DNA of 64,000 bases, from the NCBI RefSeq assembly GCF_009914755.1, contig NC_060934.1; one strand, written 5' to 3'. Under the pieces are notes generated by a model. The model saw nothing but the letters and a program-made list of their open reading frames with translations, was not told the origin of the DNA and ran no database searches. The DNA comes from the human T2T-CHM13v2.0 reference genome, Homo sapiens. This document shows, piece after piece, positions 31,464 to 45,309 of this stretch. Every line of letters starts with the position of its first letter. Position 1 is the first letter of the stretch. The translations under genes were made by a program, and so were the position numbers.

Positions 31464-34400
31464 GCTGCAACTTTCTATTTCATTTTCTATTTCATTGATT
31501 GAAGGTATAATTAGAAAGATAAGAACTTTTCAACAAAGCTTAAGATGTCTTCAGTATGAGAAAGCAAGCATACATGGGATCATTTTCTTGTAGAAATCAT
31601 TGTAAAGCTTCAACTGCTCTCCTTGACATATAGGAACAGTAAGAACTTGACGCTGTAAAGCATTGCACAAAAATCAACCTTCCTACTGTGTAGCTGAAAG
31701 AAATTGCCTTTGGTAGTAAACAATAGTGTAGCAATAGCTAAATATTTCATGAAGAACTTTTTGTTACTTTTAAAAATTGATAAATATTTGTCAACTTGGA
31801 AAGAGTCCAAGAAATACAAACTATTTTTTTTACTTTTCTGCTTGATTTTGTTTCTTGTTTCCTGATATTTTTATACCATCTACCTCCTCTATGGTAATTC
31901 TGCCCCCTGCTGGAAATGGGTAGATGATAATTTCCCCCCGACTAGGAATTCAAACTATTAAAATACTGTAAAAACATTTAAAAAAAAAATAGAGAAACAT
32001 TTTCTTAGTAGTGCCCTCAGGTCAATGAGCTTTTCATATAACAGTACTGTATTTGTCATTATAGAAATTAACATTTATCTTACATCTCGTGGTAAGAGAT
32101 TTATGTTATTTCTCCCATTAGGTTGATGGAGCTCGTACTTTCTCCCTCCCCGGAAATTTAGTACAGTGCTCTGAAACATTTTAGTACTTAAATATACTAC
32201 AAGAGCATTAACTTCCTTGATTTTAATTTCTTTCCATTTTGAAACATTTCTTTTTTATAATTATAATTTCAGATAGTAGTCATTGTCCTATTAACTAGTA
32301 AGCCTATTTCAAGTGCCTACTATTTATCTAACTCTGTGCCAAAGGCTGAGGGATTTTTCCAACATGAGGATCCTGCAGATGCTTTTCCTTTTGTTTCTTC
32401 TAAATAATTGTCATGAGCATATGGACACACTGACTGATCAGATATAACTAACCCATCAGGTATCCCTTTTTCCTTCCCTTGTTATAAACTTAGAACGTAT
32501 GTTGTGTCTATTCATAAGACCATCTGATGTTCAGTTTTGAGTTAGACTCATTCCTAACTCACTTAATGTACAAATACTTCTTTCTGTTCATTTTTACCTA
32601 TTCCTAGTTTATATCAATTTAAAATGTTTTATTTATCTTAGAAGTCACTTTAAATCCTTTTGAAAATAAGATGAAGCCAAAGCATAAAAATTAAATTAAA
32701 ATGTTGGGGGACGGCTACCCAAGAAAAGTTTAGGTATAATTTGTATTCATATGGAGCTTGCAGAACACCTAGAAAGCTGCCATTTATAACCCATCATTTT
32801 AAGTCACATTTGCTTATGGCTTCTTGGATGGCTTCCTGGTCCCTTTTTTTTCTCTGGAAGCTTGATAGCAGCAGAAAGTCAGAGCCAACAGATAACTTAG
32901 ACCAAAAGTTCTAAGCTGGGAGGTTTGTTATAAATGTCTTCCATATAACACTAGCCTCCTAGGCCATTTAAGGCTAGAGTTCAATTAAGCAAAATTTAAA
33001 TCTAAATGTCAGTGTGGTAGAGAGGGATCCTTACCATAATCTGATTTATCGCTTGGTTATTACGATCATTTTGTTCTATTCTCCACCCTGGACTAATGAA
33101 AGACTATTACCATAGAGCCATGACAAGTTTTATTCTCTTGAACTGTCTAGCTTTGTTACTTTCCCTTGCTAATAGTCACTTACTGAGTCAGAGATGCTGC
33201 AGACATTGCAAATAGAATGATTCCTCATATGTCACTAGGGATACAGTTTTCTGAGATACAGATCTAGCAAGGGCATGAGAAAGAGAAGAAAGCAAAAAAG
33301 AAATCATCTCTGCTAATTCAATTGTGGGTTTCCTTGGATCAAAGACTACCTATTATAGCATACCAAGTTCAAGACTATTCATAGGATGCTGGAGGCCCTC
33401 TCCTCATGATTTATATTAAGCACTATACATGGTACACATGTGGCCTCTATGGAAGTATACTTAAATGATTCTTTTTTATCACTGGCAGACTAAGGAATAG
33501 CATACAAGGAGGTCTCGTTCTAGTGATGCTGTTTAAGTACTAGAAGGTCAGAGGAAGTGAAGAAAATAAATAGACAAAAGAAGAAAGATGCATATATTGA
33601 ACAGCAAGTAGGACTAAATCTCAAAGGAGCAAATAAAAATTTCTAGCAAATGACATAACTCCATTTGAATATACAGCCAACAATTAAAATGTCAGGGAAT
33701 TTGGTTCCCAGGGTTTTAAAACAAGGGGGAAATACTCAAATATCCCATTGGTGGGCATTAGGATTATTTTTAAATGACTATTTTTACCTCTGGTTAAGAG
33801 AACACACTTCACTGGGGAAAAATAGGTGAAAAATTGTTGATAGGTATCATTTTCTCAATTCTGCTATTCAATAAGTAATGGCTACAAATTTTAGTATAAA
33901 ACATATGTGTTCAAAAAATCAAATTTTCTGTATTTGTTATAACTTTACTTCTATTTCAAGCCTATGTTGTTCCATTAGTGGCAGACTCTTAATCACAATC
34001 AGTTTAAAATAATCTCGTTGTAATCGGAGTTTCCTCAGGCAACTGAAGCCACCCCTCCTTCACCCAAACTTTTCCCTAGGTCTAGTGTCTAAGTTCTAGG
34101 ATGTTGATAGACAGCAAAGGCATTGAGAGCAGGAGTGGAAGGGGGAACATAAATCTCCCTCAAGTCATTTGTATACACCAGCATCAGCTGAGAAATTCTT
34201 ATCCCACCTCTGTTTGTCAATCCAAGAAGATCTCTGCCTTGTCTTCCTTATTCCAGAAAAAGTCAGCCATGTGCTTCTCATTCCACAGCGTGGGCTCTCC
34301 AGCCCTGGGTTCTCTCATCCATTTCCATATCCTTCTTGGGTGCATGTGGACATGCGACCTCTCCAAGGTAAACAGAGTTCAGAGGAACCCTATGGGGCTT

Positions 34401-35364
34401 GTCTCTTCCCAGCCTCTATTCCAAAAGTGATATATAGGACCACCTGACTTCAAAACCCACAAATAAATCTGGTGGCTCTAACGTTCTCCTTCCTACTTAG
34501 CCTGAAGGTGTGGGGAAGGGCAGGAAAGCCTTTATAGAGAAAATGAAAAGCCGACATCTAAATATTGTTTTCCCTTTGTTCTTAACCAGCTTGGTTTAGG
34601 TTCTTAACCTTGTGGCAGGGTTTCAGCTGGGAGAACATAAGGAAAAATGTCCTTTATTATTTAAGGTATAAGTTTTATGCCCCATGTCTTTTCTAGACAA
34701 TATTTTATTTCTCAGAACAAGAAAATTGAAATTCAAAACCCAAATATTGACAAACATCTCCCATCTCTCTTTCTCTTCAATGTCGTCTTTCTTCCCTTAG
34801 GTACTAAAGATGAAATGTTATAGCTATCCAGGTTGAGGAAAATGCAGTATTTGTTAAAAAAAAAAAAAAAAAAAAGCATCTCAACAGATCATACAATTAT
34901 CCATAAATTGTATTGGAATCTTTCTCCTTTTCCCCTTCCTCTCTTCCCTCCCTTTTTTCTTTCTCTTCTTCTTTTTCCTCCAGCTGTTTTTCTAATAGCT
35001 TGTTCATTGTTCTTTATTATTGTTTTTGGTTAGAAAGAGAAACGAAAGGTGAAAATTACATCAACTGATGTACTTTGGATGAGAACCAACAAGGGTCAGA
35101 TTATTGACTGTAATTTTTTGTGCTTTTTCATTTAATTATTTTCTTTGTATTTTTCTGCAAATTTCACCAGGATAATTTACACTGACATTATATGAGCTAT
35201 TGGAGTTAAGCGTTTAGCTTTTACATTTTGAAATCTGCAGAAAATGTACTAACTTTTTATAAACACTACTGGAAAAAAATTAAGTCTCAAGATCTCTTTC
35301 AGCTAAATGAGAAATCAGATAAATGATTTTAAATTGCAAGCTCAGGCTCAGTGCTATAGATACA

Positions 35365-35890
35365 TTGTTTTGACTGCCTAGAATCCTCCTATTCTGAGAG
35401 CTGCCACTTCCCCTACCCACATGGGTTATTTTGTACTTGTTCCAAAAGTTGGTAGCTGAGCAAATCTGAGCCAACTCTAGTCATTTCCCTGGTGACAACT
35501 AATTGGACCAGGAATAAACAACTTACCCAAGTTGGACTTGTTAACCTCTCTTTGAAAATTTAGAATCAGAAATAGGATTCCAGGTAAGTCTGAGAAGAAG
35601 ATAAAAATTGGGTATTGGTCGTATTTTTGTTCTACTATATAACACAGATGACAAAAACAAAAACCAAAAAAAACCACCATTACTCATGAATAAACAAGCA
35701 AAACAGAAAAAGCAGAAACAGAACAGAAATCCTAAGGGTGCTGGAACTCTTGGTTTCAGTTGTTCCTGAGGCTCAGTTTAAATCTGGATTGCACGTTTAT
35801 GAAAAACACTAGTACCTTCATTATGAAGTCCTCTTTGGACTTAAGTTTGAGTTTATGTTACTTGCAACCAATCAAGTCCTAACCAATACT
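35365..35890 (+). mobile_element. Ancient ERVL/MaLR-class LTR (LTR16/LTR33/MLT1-like)
   Basis: Characteristic 3' end aagtttgagtttatgttacttgcaaccaatcaagtcctaaccaatac. Confidence 0.6.
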
Positions 35891-36439
35891 CTCCAGTGCC
35901 TTTTATGTCAGACTAATTCAGATGGACTATATTACCATACTGCAGAAGGAGCAAATGACTTGGGGTATTTCTCACCAGTCATGTGAAGTCATTTCTCTAT
36001 CCATGTGGTTTCATTTAGAAATTGAAGCACAAGAAGAAAACCACGTGTTTATAACTTCAAAACTCCAAAAGGAAAATTTATTCTTAGAGACTTTTAAATA
36101 ATAAGAGAAATACTAACAATGAGACAAGCCTATATTTACTGAATTTAGAGTTTGACCAGTCAATAGTTTAAAATATCAGAATTTTTGTCACCGTAGCTGG
36201 GAAAATTCTGCTGAAGGCTGGAGAATGAATATGTCTGTGCTATTTAAAATAGGTTTTCTGGAATAGACAGTTTAGGCTCTAAAAAGAAGAAAGCAAGTCT
36301 TTGTCTACACTTATGGCTTATTCTGTTTAATTAACTCCTTTTCTCCAGAAACACAAATTCCAGCTTGCCCAAAAAAAAAAAAAAGAAAAGAAAACCATAA
36401 ATCTATGTAAACTGCTGACTGACATAACTTAAACAAGGT

Positions 36440-36632
36440 AGTTAAAATAGTTGAAATCTCAGCTGTGTGACTGGGGTAAATTACTTAATCTCTCAGTGAC
36501 TCAGTTGTCTTCTCTATAAAATGAAGATAGGATAGTTGTGAGTTGTAAATGAGTTAATATATGTAAGTCACATATCATAGTGCTTTGCACTTAATGTACA
36601 CACAGTAAAAGTTCAGTTTATGTTAGCTACTA
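36440..36632 (+). mobile_element. MIR
   Basis: agctgtgtgactggggtaaattacttaatctctcagtgactcagtt...tataaaatgaagat. Confidence 0.8.
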
Positions 36633-36909
36633 TTTTCTCAAAGAAATACTAGAAAATGGGGTTTTCATATAGAGCTTTTGTTATCCTTGGTGGAAAGTTA
36701 ATTTGGACTACGATTAGCACTTATACAAATGGGTCTTTCGCAATACTCCATTTATCCTTGTCTCTATCAAGATATTTACAAATGAAAATAAAATAAATTT
36801 TTAAATGAAAGAAAATAAAGCAAACTGAATGTAATTTTTAGGAAGAGAAGGGGCTGCCACAAAGTCTAACAATGACTAAGTGGTGAAATTCCAGCATATT
36901 TGGGAATGC

Positions 36910-37350
36910 GCCCTTATGTAGTAGACTTATACCGTACTGTTTTCCTCTCTTCTCTCTCTTTCTTTCTTTCGGTAATGGAACCCTTATTTCTTGTGGAAAA
37001 CATTCTACATGATCTAGTTGGGAGTGAAGCTGAATCTTCTTCTAAGCCACAGGGTGGGCACATGAGACAGTAAGAATATCTGATCCAGAGCTCTTAGGGA
37101 AGACACTCCCTGTAATCCGATGTCAAAATTTGGTTGTCAGCCATCACCCAGCAACATAAAAAGAGTCATTGAATAGAAAGATATAATATCCTAATGGAAT
37201 TATGTGACACCTTGGATCCCAGACATACTAAAGAAATGTATCCCTGGACTTTCAGTGATATGCCCTCAAAGGCTGTCAAATATTTTTGTTTAAAAAAAGT
37301 TATGCTGTTTTAAGTAGGAAGTTAATCACTTGCAACTGAAAAGTTTCCAA
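36910..37350 (+). mobile_element. Ancient ERVL-class LTR (LTR16/33-like)
   Basis: ggtaatggaaccc, gggtgggcacatgag, ccctggactttcagt and cacttgcaactgaaaag. Confidence 0.5.
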
Positions 37351-37567
37351 CGATTACTGCTATTTCTGTGTTACCTTTCAGAAGCTGAAGGGTAGACTCT
37401 ATACCCTGCTTCCATAAGAATGGGATCCATTTTGATTGTTTCTTCTTTTCAATGGAAAAAAAGCAAGTATGCATTCAGGTATTATTTTTTACCCAGTCCA
37501 GTTAGAGTTATAGTTTGGAATATTAGTTGACTAGAAAAGAATAAAAAATATCAGGAAATAGATTTTA

Positions 37568-37846
<279 letters not shown>

Positions 37847-40014
37847 GAAAGAGACTTTAATGGAGAAAATCCTTAACAAATTAATATCAATTTTACGTTT
37901 ACTATAGTCAAAGATTGAAGATATCTTTAAAAGGTGTGCTGTAGAATGACAATTTACAAATTCATTCAGCAGGAGATCATGTAGACATGAATTACCTGCT
38001 CTGCACTGTGATCATAAAACATTATCAAAGTTAGTTTTTAGATCAAGTGGAAAAGTTTTCTGATATTTCATTCAAAAGTACACTGGAGTTTATCTCTGTG
38101 CCCAAAAATATTCTTGAAGATGAAATACAGGGAATTACAAATAAATTTTGAACTGAGAAAGTGGAATGAGAAATAAAAGAGTAATTCTCTAATTTCCACT
38201 CTATCCCCAGGCCTATGCCCCTCCCCTTCACAATAAGTAATCCTAATTCCAGCTGTATGTGTTGGACAAGGAAGGGACAGGCGGGTGGGGCTGGTGACTA
38301 AAAGCTTTTTAGAGTATCTTGTAAGATTGTCTCTTGGAATAGTTAGAAACTTCCCTCTGCCAGAGGATTTAGTATCTGCCCCCACACTATGAAACATTTT
38401 GCTCTCCACCCATTCATCTTCTAAAAATCGTTGGCCTTAACACAATCTCTATTGTTAAGATATGGAGACATAGATTGCTGTAAATACCTCCCCAAAACAC
38501 AGTGAGATTATGGCAGAGAGGAAATTGAGACCTCTTTTTCCCTAAGATACTACCTCCTCTACAAGACTTGGTTTGCTCTTGCTTTCCACACTTTGTTGTT
38601 TCTCAAACTTCCTTGTGTGCTCAGATATCCAGAGGACATGGGAAAATATAATTAACTGGGAAGACTGAAGTTTGGCTATAATTATCAATTTGGGCAATCC
38701 ATTGTGGCAAGAGCCATGCAGGGTATACAAGGTCTTATACAAAACAGTCTTTTAAACCTATATTAAGTTCCACCGTTTCCACAGACTTTCCTCAGTTCTC
38801 CAAGTTTTTAACAATCTCTTCATTTCCCAGAACTACTAGAGAGGTTGATTACAAATGGTCTTATGATAGTCAATGTTTTATTGTGTATAGGATTTTCCAA
38901 TATAAATACAGTATTCTCAGAGGAAAGTACATGACTTCCTTCTACATAATTTATTTTTCCATGATACTTCATATCGTTCTGGTTAAGTATATTTGTGTGG
39001 AAGAACTGGTCAGTTGTCTTGTATATGTCAGTTAATGGTGATTTCTCAATTTAATACTCATAGTTTCTTTTGCATGTTTTTATTAAGCTTTGCAAAATAG
39101 CACAAACAAATGTACTATTTACAGTTTCAGACCAAAGTATACTCTCCTGAGTATTCACATACCTAATAAACCTAATTAGTAATATAAAGAAAACCAGTAT
39201 TTAACTAAATAACTTTTGTAGCACAATCATTCCACTTAGATAAATAGTTATTTGCTAAATTACTCAGGTAACAACCTGGTTCTGAGTTTCTTCTAGAGAG
39301 GAAAGAGGGTTACGGGGTCAAGATAGAGAAAGGAGGTGAGAAGTTTATATAGGAATTACTTCAAAAGTAAAAGTAAATTAAATTCTCTGAAAAAAGGAAA
39401 AGAAAAGCAAAAGGAAGGATAAGATAAAAGGGAAATTACTGATGTGTGCAAAAATATGCATATATTATTTTCCGGTGTGTCCGTGTGCAAACACATGAGA
39501 GAAATACAAGGAAATCTGTTTCTTTTTATGGTTGACTCTTCTATGTGTAGTGGGATTTTCTGGTTACATCTGAGCTAAATATTATGGCACATAGCAGAAC
39601 ACAGTAGTTATTGCACATGATTGTCTGTGAACTGGGTGGGCAGGAATTTTTCATTTCATAAATCATTTCAGCTTGCTGCTCTAATTCCACAGCACTGGGA
39701 GACTAAAAAAAGCTCAAGAGGGAAAAAATGTGTTTTTCCTCTTTTTATTCTTAGTCTACCCCTTCCCAGTGTGAATAGATCTTTAGTGTTAATGATTAGG
39801 TTTTTTTATAAGACATTTCAAAATATCTTTATCGCTCTGCTTTTGAAGCAAATTATTATGTTTTCCCATTCTATTTTCTTTTTTGCCGGGGAAATTTAGT
39901 ACCAAGGCAATCAGACATACAATTTCCTTCCTTTATTTCTGCTTATTTATAGCACAGTCTATATCAATGAAATAATGCTATATTATTTTCTTGCTGATTG
40001 CTTAATGTTCACAG

Positions 40015-40097
40015 TTCAAAATTCCAGCCAAGGTCCTGAAGTGGTTTTACCCTTATTTAAGATTTCCTGCTGAAAACATTCTATTACAGCTTTGCAA
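40015..40097 (+). CDS. Putative exon A of a spliced small ORF (FKIPAKVLKWFYPYLRFPAENILLQLC)
   Basis: Acceptor ...ttgcttaatgttcacag and donor CAA|gtaagt. Only frame 0 is open; the exon ends in phase 2. Confidence 0.3.
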
Positions 40098-40558
40098 GTA
40101 AGTACCTCCCTGGCCTCAAGTCACTATAAAGGTAATTTAGTAATTAAAATAAACACCCTTTGCAAATCTGTTTCCTCCCTTCTGGGAGACTAGGGAAGTA
40201 GTTTCCATCATATTTCAGGTTTCTCCCCATTTTCCTTAAATGATCAGCCTTCAACCAAGAAGTTACTTGGTAAGTTGTCTGTAATGTAGCTCCAGGGCAA
40301 ACACAAAGTGTACATTGTGGGAAAATAAAGCAAAACAACAACAACAAAACACAGATAAAAAATGTTTCTCAACAGCTAGAGTCCATGAGCATAGTTTTAT
40401 AATTTGCTTCCTGCTCCGGTAGGAAATTTAAATCGGTTCTTGAAACTATGTAGTTATTATGATTAATCAAAATCTATAGCTGTGGTGCTCTGTCTGAAGC
40501 CAGGAACTCCTGTGCCCCACTCCCTACAACAGTTAAAAAAAAAATTTTTTTTTCCTAG

Positions 40559-40603
40559 CAGAATAGAGCAGCGTTTAAAAGCAAAATTAAGAAAAAGGAA
40601 AAG
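40559..40603 (+). CDS. Putative exon B, 45 nt (NRIEQRLKAKLRKRK)
   Basis: T9-cctag acceptor (tag/cag NAGNAG) and AAG|gtagta donor; symmetric phase 2-2. Confidence 0.3.
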
Positions 40604-41987
40604 GTAGTATATGCTAATACTGTCTTCTCACCTAGCATTTTTAGAGGTCCCTCACATTTATTATTTATCTCATCTTTAGAATTGGCTAACAGAAAGTAGC
40701 ATGCAGATATCAAATGAAAAGAATACACCCTTTACACTTAAACAAAACCTTTTAATTTGCCATGCTAGTACAAAAATGGAGAGAATTGCAGTTACATTCT
40801 GTTAACTTGGAAACAGGATCTTCTTTTAAGTCAAATTTTGTTGGTTTTTAGTCAATAGGTTTCTGATTTGATTTTCATAAAAATTTTGAGTATTGTTTGC
40901 TCTTAATTTCTTCCGAAATTGTGCAAACCAAATTACATAGTTAGCCACTGTCATTTAAGTTAAAAACAATTCTATGAAAACAAATTTATTACTACTATAT
41001 GGTTGGGTTTTGTGTAAATCTTCCTATACTTCTTGATTTTTAAAAATAGATGTGAAAATTAAAGCAATACAAGAGGTAGTCCTAGTCCAGATAAAAGAGA
41101 TACAGAAATACTGATTCAAGCAGAGAGTTATATTTCTGAAATACTTCATTTTCCCCAGTGTAGATAGTCTGTGTAATAATGGGCTTGCATTATTAAGGGT
41201 GAAAAGTATTGATTTAATAATTATAACTCAAGAGAAAACTAAAAAATCAGGTGAACATAGTGCTGTGTTCATTTGCACTGCAATCAATTCTCTAAATATT
41301 CATTTGATAAATTACACAATAAAAGTGAATGAATAGTCCCAGGTTAGGTTAGGCCCAGTCAAAATTGTCTGAACATAAACAATAGAAAGTATCTTTCAGT
41401 CTCTCTGGTGATAAGTCTGTGACATAGGATACCAGATCTTCCAGTTGCTTAGTAGAAGCGAGAGTCAGAAAGATATGGAGACCCTCTGTGGATTGTCTCT
41501 TGTGCCTAGCTAACTGCCTTCTACTCCCACAACTGATTGTCTTGTGGTTTTATTACATATATCAACATATCTCCCCTTTATCTATTCTGGTTTGATATGG
41601 ATCTGTTACTTCCGAGAAAAGGGTTCTAATAAAACACCTATTAATGTATATTTTAGTGGACCACGTAAACAGAAATATATATTATTAATATATATTATTC
41701 TTATGGCACATGTTAATTCTAAATTAAGGTTCTGGGTACCCCTGGTATATGGTCTCACTAATAGGAAACAAGTAACAGGAACTATGAGTTGTGAGAGGAA
41801 AATAAATATTTTTTTCACATATAATAAAACTTTTGGAGAGCATATTTTTATATTCTTCTTTTCTTTCCATAGAACTTTTTTCCTCTTTCGTAACTACAAA
41901 TTTTTCCAATCCCTTTCACACCAAGGCAAGCATAAGCACTCTAGTTACTGTGATCTAAAGACTGCTTTTTTACAAAAGTGCTGAGAA

Positions 41988-42040
41988 AGCAGAATAGACC
42001 AGCGTTTAAAAAGCAAAATTAAGAAAGAAGGAAAAGGTAG
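41988..42040 (+). repeat. Degenerate direct copy of 40557-40607
   Basis: agcagaatagaccagcgtttaaaaagcaaaattaagaaagaaggaaaaggtag versus agcagaatagagcagcgtttaaaagcaaaattaagaaaaaggaaaaggtag. Confidence 0.9.
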
Positions 42041-42624
42041 AAAATAAGTGATGAGAGAAGGTAGGTAGTAGACATATTTCCTGTAAATGATTTTTTCTTC
42101 AGAATTGCTGCAAGGTAGATTCAGTCTTATGCTGCTCATTTGAGGTTTCCTTTGCTACCTTTCCCAGTTCTGGCCAATTTGTATGTGTATATATTTGCCT
42201 AAGTGTATCAGGGTATATCCAGTGGAGTTAGTGAGAAGGGTGAAATGATGTCCTAAAAAACTGAGCTACCACTGTACCATTGTAAAAGCCAACAAAAATG
42301 CTCTGCAGTTGTTTTGAGTCAACAGTGCTCTACAAAGTTTACCAATGCCTGTTAACTTTCACATTCTCTTAAGATATCAGGCTTGGGGGAAGCAGAGATT
42401 TGTCCCATGATCCTCGGTGATTTTAAACCCTGTGATTTTGTTCTTCTCCAATCTCTTGCTAAGCTTAATGGAACAACATTGAAAGCAAATTCTATCTTGA
42501 AATATTTTGCTTTAATGTTTTTATAATTAGACTGCAAATTATTTGAGATTAATGAGGCTATAATTCCTCCTAATAAGAGTGGTTGTAGTAGTAGAGGCCA
42601 TGATAGTGGTCACAGTTATTAATT

Positions 42625-43215
42625 GTAAATAATAGTAGTAGCTACCTTTTAATGAGCACTTATTATGTACCAAGCACCATGCAAAGAGCTTTAGGTAAGT
42701 TTAAACTCTATGAGATAGAGTGTACCTTATTCCCTTTATTTTACACGTGAGGAAACTGAGTCAGAGGCATTGGTAGTTTTAGTCATGGAGTTGCAGTTAC
42801 AATGATAATAGTAAGTGTGGTAGCTAAACTTTATTTAGTATTCTTTATGTGGCAAGAGCAATTCAAGTATTATCTCCTGTAATCTTGAAAAAATACTATG
42901 AATTACATGTGACCATTTCATCTCTTTCTGTATGCTGTAGATTATAAACTGCATTATTTAGTAATTTTCATTTAGGAGAAAGACAAAACACTATGTCGAA
43001 TTTACTCATCAATTATATAACTCATCAATTTCACATCAGAAATACTCAAATGTGAAATTAAATGTGTATCTTTAAGCCAAAGGAAGGTACTGTTATTGTC
43101 ATTTTACAAAGAGAGAAACTGAGGCTTAGTGGATACCAAAAAAAAAAAAAAAATGCCCAAATTCATAAGCACTAGTAGCAAAGCTGAGATGTATATTCAA
43201 GTCTGTCTGGTATGG
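42625..43215 (-). mobile_element. MIR fragments
   Basis: aatgagcacttattatgtaccaagcac; cgtgaggaaactgagtcagag; cattttacaaagagagaaactgaggctt. Confidence 0.75.
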
Positions 43216-43940
43216 AATCAGCATAGATCTGAATAGATTTTGAGCGATAAGAGAGAATATCTCTTATTTACATCAGCCTTTTCTACTGCAAAGTGTCTGC
43301 CTATTTTTTTTTTAAGTCAGATGTCGTATCTTCACAATTCTAAATATCTGTGAACTTGTAAATCAAATGGATATCCAAAATAGAAGTGAAAAGTTGACTG
43401 CAAGCAGTGTCTGTACCCAATCACTTGGAATCGTTGAACACAAATTCTCTCAGTAGCAAGAATATTGCCTGGATAATTGACTCAACTCTCCACTTCCCCT
43501 TGCCTTGAAAAGTCAATAACTAGCTGGCTGTTTTGGTTCTTTGCCTAATTGGGCAATGATATTTCTAAGACATGATATCCATATTGTGACAGAGTTATTT
43601 CTTTATAAATATTTAATGCCACCAACAAAGACAGTTTGAGAAGTAAAATAACAATGTTTGGGTGTAGTTTCAGTCATGCCTTACCACTTTGTTATATGAC
43701 CCCGTTCCCTGGCTAACATTTTCTCAGGCAGTTATTTCCTGTGCATTTCCTGAGGTTTCCACAACTAGACATTTTTTAAGGGAAATGGTAGTTAAAATAA
43801 TAGAGCTTTTAAGGAATCTGAAGTTTAGTGATTAGGATTGTGGCCAATGGGTATATTTCCTGATATCTGTGAGAATTTAGAAGGTAGAATTCCTTTCTAA
43901 TTATTGTAATAACAAACATCCTTAAAATTTTTTTCTCTAG

Positions 43941-44154
43941 AAGATTGATAAGAGAAAAATTCAGCAGACCACAGTGCCGCAGGAACAACTGGCTGCCATT
44001 GTGCTTAAAGAGAAACAAAACAGGAAGCAAACCAAGAAAACCAATCCTGACTCCCGCATACAAACTGAGAGACGGTCAGGAGAAAGAAACGTGTTTAGAT
44101 AGGAGTGATGCAATCAAAGGTTTACTATATCATAACAAAGAGGCCTGCATATGA
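43941..44154 (+). CDS. Putative terminal coding exon C (RLIREKFSRPQCRRNNWLP...EACI*)
   Basis: Strong acceptor aaatttttttctctag. The frame matches ORF-track entry 43945-44154 and continues exons A and B in phase. Confidence 0.3.
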
Positions 44155-44475
44155 TCAAACTTTTGAACATTCTCTTACAAAAGATATTTGGAATCAGTAT
44201 TATTTATTTTCCTGTAGATCTTAAATGAAAAATACAGATCTGCAGAAGAGGGCTGGTTTATAAAGAAGAGCAGTTCTAAGCACACAAAAGATAAAACAGC
44301 ACTACATTTCAAACCAAAAGAGTTTAAGTTTTATGCTTGAAAGGGTGATGAGATTTTATCAAAGTGAACACAGAAACATTTGTAAGGTCTTTATATCTTT
44401 GGGAATGCTTAGGATGTCAATCTCTCCTTTTCCAGGGATTTCACCCTTCCTTAACTATAAAAAGAAGACTTCTTG

Positions 44476-44823
<348 letters not shown>

Positions 44824-44836
44824 TCACAGATATCGC

Positions 44837-44867
<31 letters not shown>

Positions 44868-45309
44868 GGAAGGTTTGTGTGGTAACCCTTCATTCAGCAA
44901 GTCCATTGGTGCCATTTATCCAAGAGCATGTGCTCACCTTGCGTCTCTATGTTACATTTTGGTAATTCTTACAATATTTAAAAATTTTCACTATGATTAT
45001 ATCTGTGATGGTGGTCTGTGATCAGTGATCTTTGATGTTCCTATTGTAATTGTTTTAGGGCACCACCAACTGCATTCATATAGGACGGTGCACTTAATTG
45101 GTAAATACTGTGTGTATTCTAACTGCTCCACCAATCAGGTGTTGCCTCATCTTTCTCCTGCTCCTTGGACTCTCAATTCCCTCAGACACAACAGTGTTGA
45201 AATTAGACCAATTAATATCCCTACAATGGCCTCTAAGTGTTGAAGTGAAAGAAAGAGTTGCATGTTTCTCACTTTAAATAAAAAGCTAGATATGATTAAG
45301 CTTAGTGAG

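Noticed and set aside
41544-41984. 146-aa hydrophobic ORF
   Set aside because: Non-ATG start, F/I/Y/K-rich composition reflecting AT-rich DNA, and no motif or convincing splice boundaries.
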